Below are positions 43,338 through 57,472 of a stretch of 64,000 nt of DNA, piece by piece; position 1 is the stretch's first letter, and every line of letters starts with the position of its first letter. Both the position numbers and the translations under genes were made by a program. The notes under the pieces were generated by a model. The model was given only the letters and a program-made list of their open reading frames with translations. It was not told where the DNA came from and made no database searches. Source of the stretch: Eledone cirrhosa (taxonomy: Eukaryota); the NCBI GenBank assembly GCA_964016885.1, contig OZ024741.1, positions 107,756,001 through 107,820,000 of the forward strand, read 5' to 3'.

Positions 43338-43476
43338 GCGTTTGAGACATTGATACGTGGTAGTGTTATTTATCTGCGTATGTGTGTCTATACTTGCCTG
43401 CTAGCATATGTTAGTTAATATGTAGGTGTCCGTATCTGAGTATGTGTGTGTTTGTGCGTGTGCGTCTGTGTGTGTG

Positions 43477-43582
<106 letters not shown>

Positions 43583-44679
43583 CGTGTGTGTGTGTGTGTG
43601 TGTATGTGTGTGTGAAAGTATGTATGTGTGTGTGTGTGTGAAATTATGTTTCCCTGATCGAACACTTTTACGACTACCGATCACTTACCCCCAAGGAAAA
43701 CTAAAATAGAAAATGGAATCAATGCTGGAATTTACTGTAAACTTGTTAATGACCAGAAGGTACCTCGCAATAATTAATATCGAATGGATGTCGAATGGTT
43801 ATCGAATGGGAAGCTCGTCAGCTTGTGAAGCTGATATTATTATTTATGGAGTCAACAGACGTGTGAAAAATAGAAGCCAAACCCCAAATCTCAGCAAATA
43901 TGATCAATTTAAAAAGGGAGGGAAACGCATAGATAAAGCAATCCTACTAAAAAACGAAACAAACAAACAAACTAGAATGTTATAGATGGGATGCTTAAGG
44001 TAAGAACACGTGTGATCATCGATATTTGTAATCGATGAATGTTTTGCCCGGCTAAACAAAATAACACCAACAAACCATATTGATTGGTTATTATATAACC
44101 AGCGAGCAGACTATTATGAATAAAACTTGCCCTAAAGGCTACGCTGTAGGATCGAATCGCGACATACTGGTTCCAAATTAAACGTCGTATCCATTCGGCC
44201 ATGCAGAGTCAACAGCCTTAGATATAGCATGACATTTCACTGAAATTTGAAATCATAATTTAAGAAAGTCAATAATATTTTTGTCGTTCACCACAACAAT
44301 CAGCGGTCCAACACGACTAAAACTAACTCGAATACTAAAAATCAAAATACTGTTGTCAGCTTGTTGGAGTTTGAATTTGTAACGTACAAGCCACATATTC
44401 TACACGTTAGTCACACTCACATATGTTTGTGTAACTAATTTAACCTAGATAAAAGACAAAAAATGAAAGCAAAACAATTTAATAACATGTTAAAGATAAT
44501 TGCGTCTCCGTGAACTCCAATGGATTTGCCAACGTGTAAACAAAATTGAAATAGTCAGACATCAATGTAACATGTGGAGAATATCACATTAAAAGCGTTC
44601 TTCAACTATTTCCTTGGACTTCTCGTCTCTCACTTAGTTTTGCCTTAGATTGTTCGTTTTATAATATATATATATATAT

Positions 44680-45312
44680 AAAACATGACAAGAAAGAAGA
44701 ATACTGCGTGGTTGCACATACGTTACATATGATAAAAATAGTCCTTCGTCAGTGATTTTCCAACCATCATTGGTATTTCATCACATTAAAAATCAGATAC
44801 CTCAGGTTGGTGCGAGCAATAACTAAAAAAAGTTATTGGGACTAGTAAATCGCGTAAAGCGAGGGGGACAAGTGAACAACATAGAAGGATAAAAGCAAAC
44901 CAAAGAAGGGAAATAAACAAGCAACATGGTAGTCCTGGTCAGCATAAGCTGGGTGGATTTCATGAGCGAAAGGTACAGACACGTCCAGCATGAGTGGGAT
45001 GTAAGCAAGAAGAGACCCACTGTTAGCCAAACGGGAGGAAGTGAGAAGGTGAGAAACAGAGAGTGAGTGAGTGGAAGTGCGAGGACGCGGTCGTTCGAGA
45101 GAAAGTGTAACTGACAGAGGGGGCGAAAGAAGGTGAGAGAAACAGAGAGAACGGGGAAGCAGTAATAGAGAAACAGACAAACGCAGCCGAGGTGAATATA
45201 TATAAAAAACATGAGAAGAAAGAAGAATACTGCGTGGTTGCAAATAGGTTACATATGATAAAAATAGTCCTTCGTCAGTGATTTTCCAACCATCATTGGT
45301 ATTTCATCGCTT
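44680..45312 (-). mobile_element. Partial tandem element (period ~526 bp, ~105-bp direct terminal repeats), TA-flanked
   Basis: 44680-44783 repeated at 45206-45310. Confidence 0.75.
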
Positions 45313-45784
45313 TATATATAAGCAGTAACATTAACATACTGTTGGTTTACAATGGGGGGAATATAATATATGCTTGTATATTAAATATACAAGAGTCTCG
45401 CGATGTATATTTTAAGCTGCAATCATGCCATATCTCAGGAACAATCATGCCATATTTCAGGAACTAGGCAACCTAACACTATAGGCAAATGAATATCTGC
45501 ACAAAATGTATATAAGCTACTGCTTACACTTGGCGATGTACCGATGGCGGATAAAATTCTAGAAACACTTGCCTGACATTTTCAATTGGCTACTGAGCTA
45601 CATGCATCATGATCACATTATAAATCTTCATAGCGAGACTGTTGGATTATATTTCACCTGTCATTCAAAATGAAAATAACGTTTTCCAAAGAAGTGTCAC
45701 ATGAGCATTTCAGTGAAAAAGATATTTGAATATGAAACAAAACAACATATATATATATATATATACAAATATATATATACATAC

Positions 45785-45898
<114 letters not shown>

Positions 45899-46140
45899 AT
45901 TCTCTCGTTCACGATTTCACCGAACTTAACTTTATAGAAATCTGGGACTTGTCTCTTTCTTCCTCATTTTCTGTTGCTTCACCATTTTGTTTGTTTACCC
46001 TCGCGTCCCCTTTATTTACGTGTCCCAACGACTTTTTTTAGCCGTTGCTCGCACCAACCGGAGGTATATGGTCTTTAAAGCGATGAAATGCCTATGATGG
46101 TTGGAAGATCACTGATGAAGGACAAACTTTTTTTTATATG

Positions 46141-46181
<41 letters not shown>

Positions 46182-46609
46182 ATAAATATATATGTGTTTT
46201 GCAACGGGTCACTTTGTGGTTCAATGAAGAATTAATAAATTAAATAATCAGAGCTGGCCATCTGGCCATTGCTAAATCTGACCTTAAAAAAACCCACTCC
46301 CCACAAATAATTCCTCATTCACTACCAGAAAGGGACACACAGCAGTCAACTTGCTGCTACCAAGATGAAAACTACTATGAAATCCCACACTGAATTTTAT
46401 ACTTGAATTTTCAAATCTCAAATTTTAACTCTTCTTATTATTAATTTTTCTTAATATTAATCAACATTTGAAAAGATGGCTTTTGCAGACCCATCGAAAC
46501 CGGTCATTTTTTATACCCTTTATTCTTCCTTACCTTATAAAATTATATGTTTTTTCACAAAAAAGTATTCTGTCTCTTATATATTCCATGTGCCATTACC
46601 AACCTCAAT

Positions 46610-48674
<2,065 letters not shown>

Positions 48675-48748
48675 GATATTTACTCCGTCACTCCTATGTG
48701 GAAAAAGTACGTTGAGTGCTTGAATTGAATTGCATCAATATTTACCCT

Positions 48749-48779
<31 letters not shown>

Positions 48780-48786
<7 letters not shown>

Positions 48787-49584
48787 ATATTTGGGAGGGT
48801 CATGTTGCCAATAAGAAACACACGCACCAGTTGCTTTCACTTCAATTTATTATAATAAATTTATCAATTTAGGAATTTATAAATTTCCGGTTGGTTGGTT
48901 GGTTCCACAACCAGATGATTGTTTATATATTGTCAAAGTTCTTTCGTCACACATTCTATGACCTCTTCAGTGACTGGGGATTCTTTTCTTTGTTGTTGTG
49001 CCTCTCCTTTGTTCTGTCCTACGCCATCTTGTTTTTTGTGTGTTGTGTGCTTAGTTTGCGCATGTGTTACATCCGGGTGTCTGTGTGTGTTTATATTTGT
49101 TTATTTATTTGTTTATTTACATGTTACTGGTTGGCTGTTTGTTCTATGTGCGTGTGTGTTTTCATTTTGTCCTTAATTGTAAGTTGTGATGTTGCTGTTC
49201 CATTCGGGTTTTCTATTTAATTTTGGTTGGAGTTCATTTATGTTTATTGCCTCTGTGATTTGTCTAAACATTGCATCTTTTCGCACACAGACACCCGAAT
49301 GTATACCCTCCCAAAGTATAACAATATCGGTTTCAACATACGTTTTCAGATAAAGGATCTTGCTAAATAAATTCAGAAACGAAATATATATATATATATT
49401 GTTATACTTTGGGAGGGTCATGTTGCCAATAAGAAACACACGCACCATATGCTTTCACTTCAATTTGAAGTGAATGCAACTGGTGCGTGTGTTTCTTATT
49501 GGCAACATGACCCTCCCAAAGTATAACAATATCGGTTTCAACAGACGATTTCAGCTAAAGAATCTTGCTAAACAAATTCAGAAA

Positions 49585-49588
<4 letters not shown>
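48780..49588. mobile_element. Rearranged pLTR fragments of the 39-41 kb PLE family; hammerhead at 48932-48974 (minus); hairpin at 49396-49532
   Basis: Matches 38975-39470; gtca CTGAAGA ggtcata..tgtgac GAAA gaac TT tgac. Confidence 0.85.
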
Positions 49589-49646
<58 letters not shown>

Positions 49647-49652
<6 letters not shown>

Positions 49653-51509
49653 TTAGTACATCTACCAACATATGCGTACAGTTGTACACTAATGCCAGCA
49701 AATATATAAGTCATGTCATAGTACCTAGGTGGTTCTATGCAGGGCGATGCAGAACAATTATATGAAAGACGTAAAATAAGAAAATTTTAAAATTAAAAAT
49801 TAACTTACTAAAATTTTCACTCCAACTAATTAGTTTCTGTAATGGGATAAATATAGTTACGCAATATAACTATCGAGAATTCATTACGTCATCAGGGAGT
49901 CTATTCTCAGCTAAGTTCCCAGGCAATGCGCGGACACTAGGAACTCATATAAAAATAATAATTCAGTGGATGGAATAGCTAGCGAGGACTAAATTCCATA
50001 GCACTGGCAGATTCTAAAGAATCAATCACATGACACTGAGATTAGTCAGTAGGAGTGGGGTGGTATTATGACAAGAGCCTACTACTACTACTATGAATTA
50101 GCAGTGGATTTGGCAAGTTTGCTCAACAAATAAATAATTTGGAGATAAATATAGAGAATTAGTACATCTACCAACATATGCGTACAGATGTACACTAATG
50201 CTAGCAAATATATAAGTTATGTCATAGTACCTAGGGGATGCAGAACAATTATATGAAAGACGTAAAATAAGAACATTTTAAAAATTAAAAATTAACTTGC
50301 TTACTAAAATTTTCACTCCAACTAATTAGTTTCTGTAATGGGATAAATATAGTTACGCAGTGTAACTGTCGAGAATTCATTACGTCAACAGGGAGTCTAT
50401 TCTGAGCTAAGTTCCTAGGCAATGCGCGGACACTAGGAACTCATATAAAATAATAATTCAGTGCATAGAACCACCTAGGTACTATGACATAACTTATATA
50501 TTTGCTAGCATTAGTGTACATCTGTACGCATATGTTGGTAGATGTACTAATTCTCTATATTTATCTCCAAATTATTTATTTGTTGAGCAAAGTTGCCAAA
50601 TCCACTGCTAATTCATAGCAGTAGTAGTAGGCTCTTGTCATAATACCACCCCACTCCTACTGACTAACCTCAGTGTCACGTGATTGATTCTTTAGAATCT
50701 GCAACTTGACCAGAGGCAGTGAACTTTTTCAGTGCTATGGAATTTAGTCCTCGCTAGCTATTCCATCCACTGAATTATTATTTTTATATGAGTTCCTAGT
50801 GTCCGCGCATTGCCTGGGAACTTAGTTGAGAATAGACTCCCTGATGACGTAATGAATTCTCGATAGTTACATTGCGTAACTATATTTATCCCATTGCAGA
50901 AACTAATTAGTTTGAGTGAAAATTTTAGTAAGTAAGTTAATTTTTAATTTTTAAAATTTTCTTATTTTACGTCTTTCATATAATTGTTCTGCATCCCCCT
51001 GCATAGAACCACCTAGGTACTATGACATAACTCATATATTTGCTAGCATTAGTGTACATCTATACGCATATGTTGGTAGATGTACTAATTCTCTATATTT
51101 ATCTCCAAATTATTTATTTGTTGAGCAAACTTGCCAAATCCACTGCTAATTCATAGTAGTAGTAGTAGGCATTTGTCATAATACCACCCCACTCCTACTG
51201 ACTAACCTCAGTGTCACGTGATTGATTCTTTAGAATCTGCCACTTGACCAGAGGCAGTGAACTTTTTCAGTGCTATGGAACTTAGTCATCGCTAGCTATT
51301 CCATCCACTGAATTATTATTTTTATATGAGTTCCTAGTGTCCGCGCATTGTCTGGGAACTTAGCTGAGAATAGACTCCCTGATGACGTAATGAATTCTCG
51401 ATAGTTACATTGCGTAACTATATTTATCCCATTACAGAAACTAATTAGTTGGAGTGAAAATTTTAGTAAGTTAATTTTTAATTTTTAAAATGTTCTTATT
51501 TTACGTCTT
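49647..51509. repeat. Array of a ~538-bp hammerhead unit: about 1.6 copies minus, then about 1.95 copies plus (inversion at ~50462)
   Basis: Plus units start at 50463 and 51001; hammerhead cores at 49819-49900(-), 50315-50396(-, mutated), 50836-50917(+) and 51374-51455(+). Confidence 0.9.
51374..51455 (+). ncRNA. Type-I hammerhead with extended, interrupted stem II
   Basis: actcc CTGATGA cgtaatg..atagttac-attgc-gtaactat..cattaca GAAA ctaattag TT ggagt. Confidence 0.8.
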
Positions 51510-52408
51510 GAACAAAACGTATCTCTAGGATCTCGTCGAATAGAAAAATTTTCGACGAAAAGGCCCAATACTATAATGAAGCATTAGCTAGGGCAGGATA
51601 TGCTGATAAGATTGTGTACATAGATAATGATAGACAAACTAAACAAAGTAACAACTTTTTTAATTACGGCAACAACATTAATAACTATAATAGAAAGCAT
51701 TACAATAATTCCAAAGGCCAAAAAAGAAATAGAACTAGGAACATAATTTGGTTTGCCCCCCCTTTCTCACTAAACATTAAAACCCACATCGCTAAATTAT
51801 TTTTCAAAGCTCTTGATAATCGCTACCCTAGAACACATAGGTATCACTCAATTTTCAATCGGCATACAATTAAATTAACCTACTCATCCACCAAAAATTT
51901 AGCACAAAATATTAATAGAATAAATAATAGGAACTTAAAACCTAGTGATAATAGCATAAATAATATACAAGTTAACAAATGTAACTGTAGAGATAGATCT
52001 AAATGTCCGTTAAATAACAACTGCTTAGTTAAAAATATAGTATACAATTGTAATGTTAATACTGACTCTAATTCTTTTAACTACGTCGGTTCCACATCGA
52101 CGGAATTTAAACTTCGCTATAATAACCACAAGAATTCTTTCACAGATCCAAGTAAAAAATCTTCAACGGCACTATCAGGCGTACTCTGGCAACTTAAGCT
52201 AGATAACGTTAGATATTCGACGGCTTGGAATATAGTCTCAAGGGGGATTCCTTTTAATTCATCCTCTGAGACATGTGACCTCTGCGCAGAGGAGATATTC
52301 TTTATACTAAAATCTAAAAATTCCCTTAATCTACGGACAAATTTATTCAGTTGTTGCAAACATAGATTAAACTCAACGTTTAAATATAAATTTAAATTTA
52401 AAATGTAG
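51510..52408 (+). CDS. 5'-truncated PLE thumb, Cys-rich linker and GIY-YIG endonuclease (different PLE lineage)
   Basis: KRISRISS..YNEAL..GY, IIWFAPPFS, IFNRHTIKLTYS, CNC..CPL..C..IVY..YVGST..FKLRYNNH, CDLC..E, CCKH. Confidence 0.88.
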
Positions 52409-53855
52409 TATATTTAGTTTGATTTATATTTATATGGGAAACTAGCCGATAAATTTTTGATTCCTAAATTTTTGATTCCTTCTTTTTATTCTTTTTTTTT
52501 TTTTTTTTTTCTATTGTTTATTTTTATTTTTATTTTATTTTTATTTAAACATTCCTCATGAAAAATTAAGCTACCCTAAAAGCTGATGCTCCAAATATTT
52601 TGAATAAACCTTACACTAGATAAACTTCTATATTAAATATAAGAACACATGTAGACTAAATTGGACATCATAAACTTTTTGAAATGATCTTTGCTAGATG
52701 TGATTTGATAGATAATTTTTGGCTTTGTCTTATAATGAACTTGGCAATATATTGTCAATTAATTTTGAAGGGTTGATCTTTGTGGTTTATTTTTATTTTT
52801 TATTATTGTAGTATTTTATAATATTTTTTATTTTTATTTTTAATATTTTTAATATCTTTAATATGTAAATTTTTTAATACGTAACATTTTTTAATACGTA
52901 ATATTTTTTAGTATGTAATATTTTTAATATGTAATATTCTTTCGTAATATTTTTTTATTTTTTTATTTTTTTAGTTTTCTATTTTATTATTACTTATTAT
53001 TATTATTGTTATCTTTTTATTTTTAGTTTTGTTTCTGATATATATTTTTATTAGTATATTGAAATCTGCTCTCTATTTCTGCTTGATAGATAATCTTGTA
53101 GAGTAAAGACAGGAATAATAATACACATATATGTATACTCAAATTTTTATACCACAATGAGAATGTTTTCCGTGAACTTAGAGTTTGCAGAGTTGATAAT
53201 GTGGATTCACATGGATGTTTGTAGCTATAACATAAACATATGAATTTTTTTAAAACTAAACATAAGATAATTAATTTTCACACACTATGGATACTTGTCT
53301 CATTCAGGAATACTGATATTTACAATATAGTGGAAGTTTTATGAATTCTAATACATTAAGACATAGGGTTTTTACGCCTCGAATATATCTGGCTATTTTT
53401 AAATTTTTTCTCTCGCTATTTTCTCTCTCTCTATATTTTTTTCTCTCTCTATATATATCTCCCTTACATTAATACTAGAGCTAAATAAATAAATAAATAA
53501 ATAAATGTATCATTGATACATTTACTCAAAATGACCTCCCACTACCTAATTTTCTATATATATATGTATCTATCTCTATTTCCTCTCTCTCTATATACAT
53601 ATATCTCTTTCTGTTTCTTTACATGAAGTTCTTCTCTTTATCTATCTTTCCATCTCTATATTTTGTTCCATGCATTTCTTCTTTTTCTTCCTTTTCTTCG
53701 TTTTCTGTCTATCTTTCTTTCTTTTTTCTCTCTTTTTTTTCTCTATTTCTTTCTCTCTGTGTAAAATTTTTTCACTGCCAGCTTAACCTCTTCAAATGCA
53801 AGTCGGTGTTATAACGGTATGTCGAATCTATTTATCTATAAAACTGTTTATATTG

Positions 53856-53921
53856 TATTTTGTCTGAGGAAGGCATAGCATATTGTTAATATGATATCCC
53901 CGAAATATATATAATGAAATA
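53856..53921 (+). ncRNA. Type-I hammerhead in a pLTR-like 3' end
   Basis: tattttgt CTGAGGA aggcatagcatatt-gtt-aatatgatatcccc GAAA tatata TA atgaaata. Confidence 0.7.
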
Positions 53922-54049
53922 AATATGGTTTTATAAATATAGTTTCCATTTATTTAATATTGTAAATATACTCCAAATATTTGTCGAGTGCTTTTATATC
54001 AGTTATAAATATTTACTAGTTGTAACCCAACAATTTTAAATATAACTTT

Positions 54050-54100
<51 letters not shown>

Positions 54101-54651
54101 CATATATATATAAACTATGGTTGTGTTCGCCCGGTACCATGTTTATATATATGTATATATATATATATATATACATAGTACCGGGCGAACACATAGCCAT
54201 GTTTTTTTGGGGGGCGTGGGGGGGGGGGGTAATATCATTCTGGAACATAATATTGATAAATTACTACATTGAGGTGCCGTTCTAGTGCATTAGAATAATT
54301 AATAACTAAATTTTATTAATTAGGAATTTAATTACTATTAAATTATATTTGCTTTACTCTTCAGCCATTTGTTAGACCTGGCATACGCATATTCACTCTA
54401 CAATATTCCTTGTCTCTCATATGTTCTTACCCCCTATAGGGATAGCTGGAAAGAATTCTCTCTTAACCCATGACCGGCCTGGCATCCACGGTCAGACTGT
54501 CATCTTACTCTCTCCCCCCTCCTTTGTTCTAACGGCAAGTTCATCCCCTGCCCCTATGAAGGAATTTAACTATGTATGTGACATCCCAAGTTCTTTCACC
54601 ACTCCCCGTGACAGAAATGAAAAACGAAAAGTTTTAGGATTGTTTGATATG

Positions 54652-54711
54652 ATACGACCGCTATGTTTTGATTGCATGCATGGGCATGCAATCAAAACAT
54701 AGCGGTCGTAT
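54652..54711. repeat. Perfect 28-bp hairpin with a 4-nt loop
   Basis: atacgaccgctatgttttgattgcatgc-atgg-gcatgcaatcaaaacatagcggtcgtat. Confidence 0.95.
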
Positions 54712-54778
54712 AATTCAATATGGACTGTAGCCATTGATATCATCTAGGTCACTACCGTCCTAACACTACTGGTTTAGT

Positions 54779-54925
<147 letters not shown>

Positions 54926-55199
54926 TATATATACATTTGAGCAGTGGCGTACTGGGTCTAAAAACATTGGTTGCCAGAGATGAAGGAGGCCCACCAACAT
55001 ATAGGATGTTATCATTAAATTTTAGAATAAATAAATAACATTTTCGAAAAATACATAAGTGGAAACAAAACAGTGCAATGAAATTTTTGCGGAAAAATAT
55101 CTTACCTTCTCCAATAAAAATATGTATTTTGCGAAATACAGGGACTTTCAATAACGACCAGAGGTCGACCCTAAATATTACTCATAGCTCTATGCAACC

Positions 55200-55527
55200 C
55201 ATGAACGATACCACATCTTTTTAACTTTGATTTTGAAAGTAGGTTTATAATTATCAATTTTCATTATACTTTTGTAGCTGTCTCGGTGGCATAGTTGGAT
55301 GAATCATAGACGGTGGTGGTCCTGGTCTGAAGTTAGATCCTGGTCGGGAGTAGGGTTCCCGATAAAAGTTTACAAGTACCTCTTGACCAGCACTGAACCC
55401 AAGGTCAGGATCACCACCGGCTCTAGTACCTACCGCCTAGGCCAGACTACGAAAATATTATGAAAATTCATACTTATAATCCTATTTTCAAAATGTTCAA
55501 AACAAAATGATGTGGTGTCGTTCATGT
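55200..55527. mobile_element. MITE-like fold-back with ~80-bp imperfect terminal inverted repeats and inner inverted motifs
   Basis: catgaacgataccacatc / gatgtggtgtcgttcatg; ggtggtggtcctg / caggatcaccacc. Confidence 0.55.
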
Positions 55528-55802
55528 CTTTCTTAATGTTATTGCTCCTACTTAAGGTGGACTTCTATATCATTTGGGTGTTCCATAAACTACATCCTCG
55601 TTTTGTTTCTCATCTATGTAGATTACATTTTAACCTGTAATACATGTTTCATTTCTTTTCCACCTAATTTCTCACCCTCCTCTCTCTATCCCCTCTCTCT
55701 CTTTCTCTCTATGATATTTGAATCTAATATGATTTGGCCTTACCTTATTCCTATATATATGTTTTTGCATGTCAGTTAGATTAAACTTATATATATATAT
55801 AT

Positions 55803-55876
<74 letters not shown>

Positions 55877-55960
55877 CTTTGAATAAGTTTGAAATGTTTT
55901 GGCCAGTATTGGCCCAGGCCATGTCTAACTTAATAGCACCACCTGGCGAAGTCTTTCAAT

Positions 55961-57472
55961 TCAGGATTTGGGCACCATGGCCCATTCGAGAAGAGAATTA
56001 CTGTTTGCCGGTTCATATCCGGGTGTGGGTGGTTTGTCCGGGATTACTTGGAGGAATTTGTCCAAAGACTTCTTGAATTTTGTGTGGTCAGTTTCTGTTT
56101 TGACGTGTCCTGGTGTGATGTTGAAGAGAGCAGGGCCAATTGAGGTGAAATAATTGTGCCGTATTGTTGTTATGAGTTGCGATTTAGATTTTTGTTTGGG
56201 ACGGATAGCACGGGGCCCAAGCCTTGGGTGTATTTTGAAGGTGATGCCAACATCATTTGGGCAGTGATGATGAAACATTTTCCACATCATGCAGATAATA
56301 TAACGCTCACGGCGACGTTGGAGTGAGTAAAGTTTCAGCTTTTCTAGTCGACCCCAGTAGTCAAGGTCTGACATGCCATCTATCTTTTTCGTGATTGCCC
56401 TTTGAGGAGCTTCAAGTTTCATGATACTTTGTTTCGTGTGGGGAGACCACAGTGGACAACAGTATTCAAGGTGTGGTCGGGCAAAAGTAGAGAAGAGAAG
56501 GATAATGGTGTGGGAATCTCTCGGCTGGAAGGTTCTGAGGATCCAGGAACACATTCTGCGGGCCATGTCAACTTTGCTGCTTATATGCGTGGCCCAGCTT
56601 ATGTTGCTGTCCACGGTTACTCCCAAGTCTCTGATGTTGTTAGATGCCACGAGAGTTTCACCGGAGGGAAGGGAGTACGGGAGTTTCAGAGCATCCTCTT
56701 TTCCAAAGTGGATCAGTTCGAATTTGTCTTCGTTCAGTAACATGTTGTTCTTTTCCGCCCATTGGGTAACAGCCAGTAGGTCTGACTGAAGGCTTATCCG
56801 GTCATCCACGCCATTGATGACCTTTTGGAGCTTGGAATCATCAGCGAAAATTTTAATGTTGCTGTGTTTGATGAGATCAGTGATGTCATTAATATAGATG
56901 ATGAAGAGAAGTGGGCCCAACACAGTGCCTTGTGGGACCCCACTACTGACTTTGGCTGGGTTGGATTTGACTCCTTCAACTACAACATGTTGGGTTCTGT
57001 TTGACAGGAAGCTCTTGATCCACTGCAGCAGCTTCCCAGTGCAACCAATATTGGACAGTTTTCTCAGTAGAATGTTGTGATCAACCCTGTCAAAGGCCTT
57101 GCTGAAATCAAGGTAGATAACATCAGTGTTGGAACCCACTCCCAAGGCTCTCAAAATGTCATCAAAGTGATGCAGTAGCTGCGTCAGGCAATCCCTTCCA
57201 TTACGGAATCCATGCTGGTTGGAGTTCAGCATATTGTTACTCTCAAGGAAGTGGGTCATTCGCGATCTCACCACTCTCTCGAATACCTTAATGATATGAG
57301 AGGTGAGTGAGATTGGACGGTAATTCACGGCAAGGGATTTGTTTCCTTTTTTGAAAACTGGGACAACAGACTGGGATAGAAGGTTTTCTGGCACATATCC
57401 AGCATCCAGTGAGTTCCGCCACAGATTGGCTAGAGGAGATGCAAGTTGGTGTTGACACGCCTCAAGACACAA
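55961..57472 (-). CDS. LINE ORF2 reverse transcriptase part, separated from the endonuclease part by a 1-nt deletion near 57462
   Basis: NYRPISLTS, QHGFR, YLDFSKAFD, SGVPQGTVLGPLLF, FADD, RDLGV, RPHLEYC, LYSLQRRRER. Confidence 0.93.
   Translation of the reverse strand: MCLEACQHQLASPLANLWRNSLDAGYVPENLLSQSVVPVFKKGNKSLAVNYRPISLTSHIIKVFERVVRSRMTHFLESNNMLNSNQHGFRNGRDCLTQLLHHFDDILRALGVGSNTDVIYLDFSKAFDRVDHNILLRKLSNIGCTGKLLQWIKSFLSNRTQHVVVEGVKSNPAKVSSGVPQGTVLGPLLFIIYINDITDLIKHSNIKIFADDSKLQKVINGVDDRISLQSDLLAVTQWAEKNNMLLNEDKFELIHFGKEDALKLPYSLPSGETLVASNNIRDLGVTVDSNISWATHISSKVDMARRMCSWILRTFQPRDSHTIILLFSTFARPHLEYCCPLWSPHTKQSIMKLEAPQRAITKKIDGMSDLDYWGRLEKLKLYSLQRRRERYIICMMWKMFHHHCPNDVGITFKIHPRLGPRAIRPKQKSKSQLITTIRHNYFTSIGPALFNITPGHVKTETDHTKFKKSLDKFLQVIPDKPPTPGYEPANSNSLLEWAMVPKS

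Noticed and set aside
44140-44205. A/B-box-like sequence on the minus strand as a tRNA gene
   Set aside because: Stems do not pair; probably a decayed SINE head.
51614-52408. Naiad-type or selenoprotein PLE
   Set aside because: The endonuclease is C-terminal to the thumb and no in-frame TGA replaces Cys.
57430-57472. Frame break between the LINE endonuclease and RT as a second programmed shift
   Set aside because: No slippery heptamer; restoring one base (ttg a[a]g gcg) gives the usual GPD..P..VLK..C..L motif, so it is a mutation or sequencing error.
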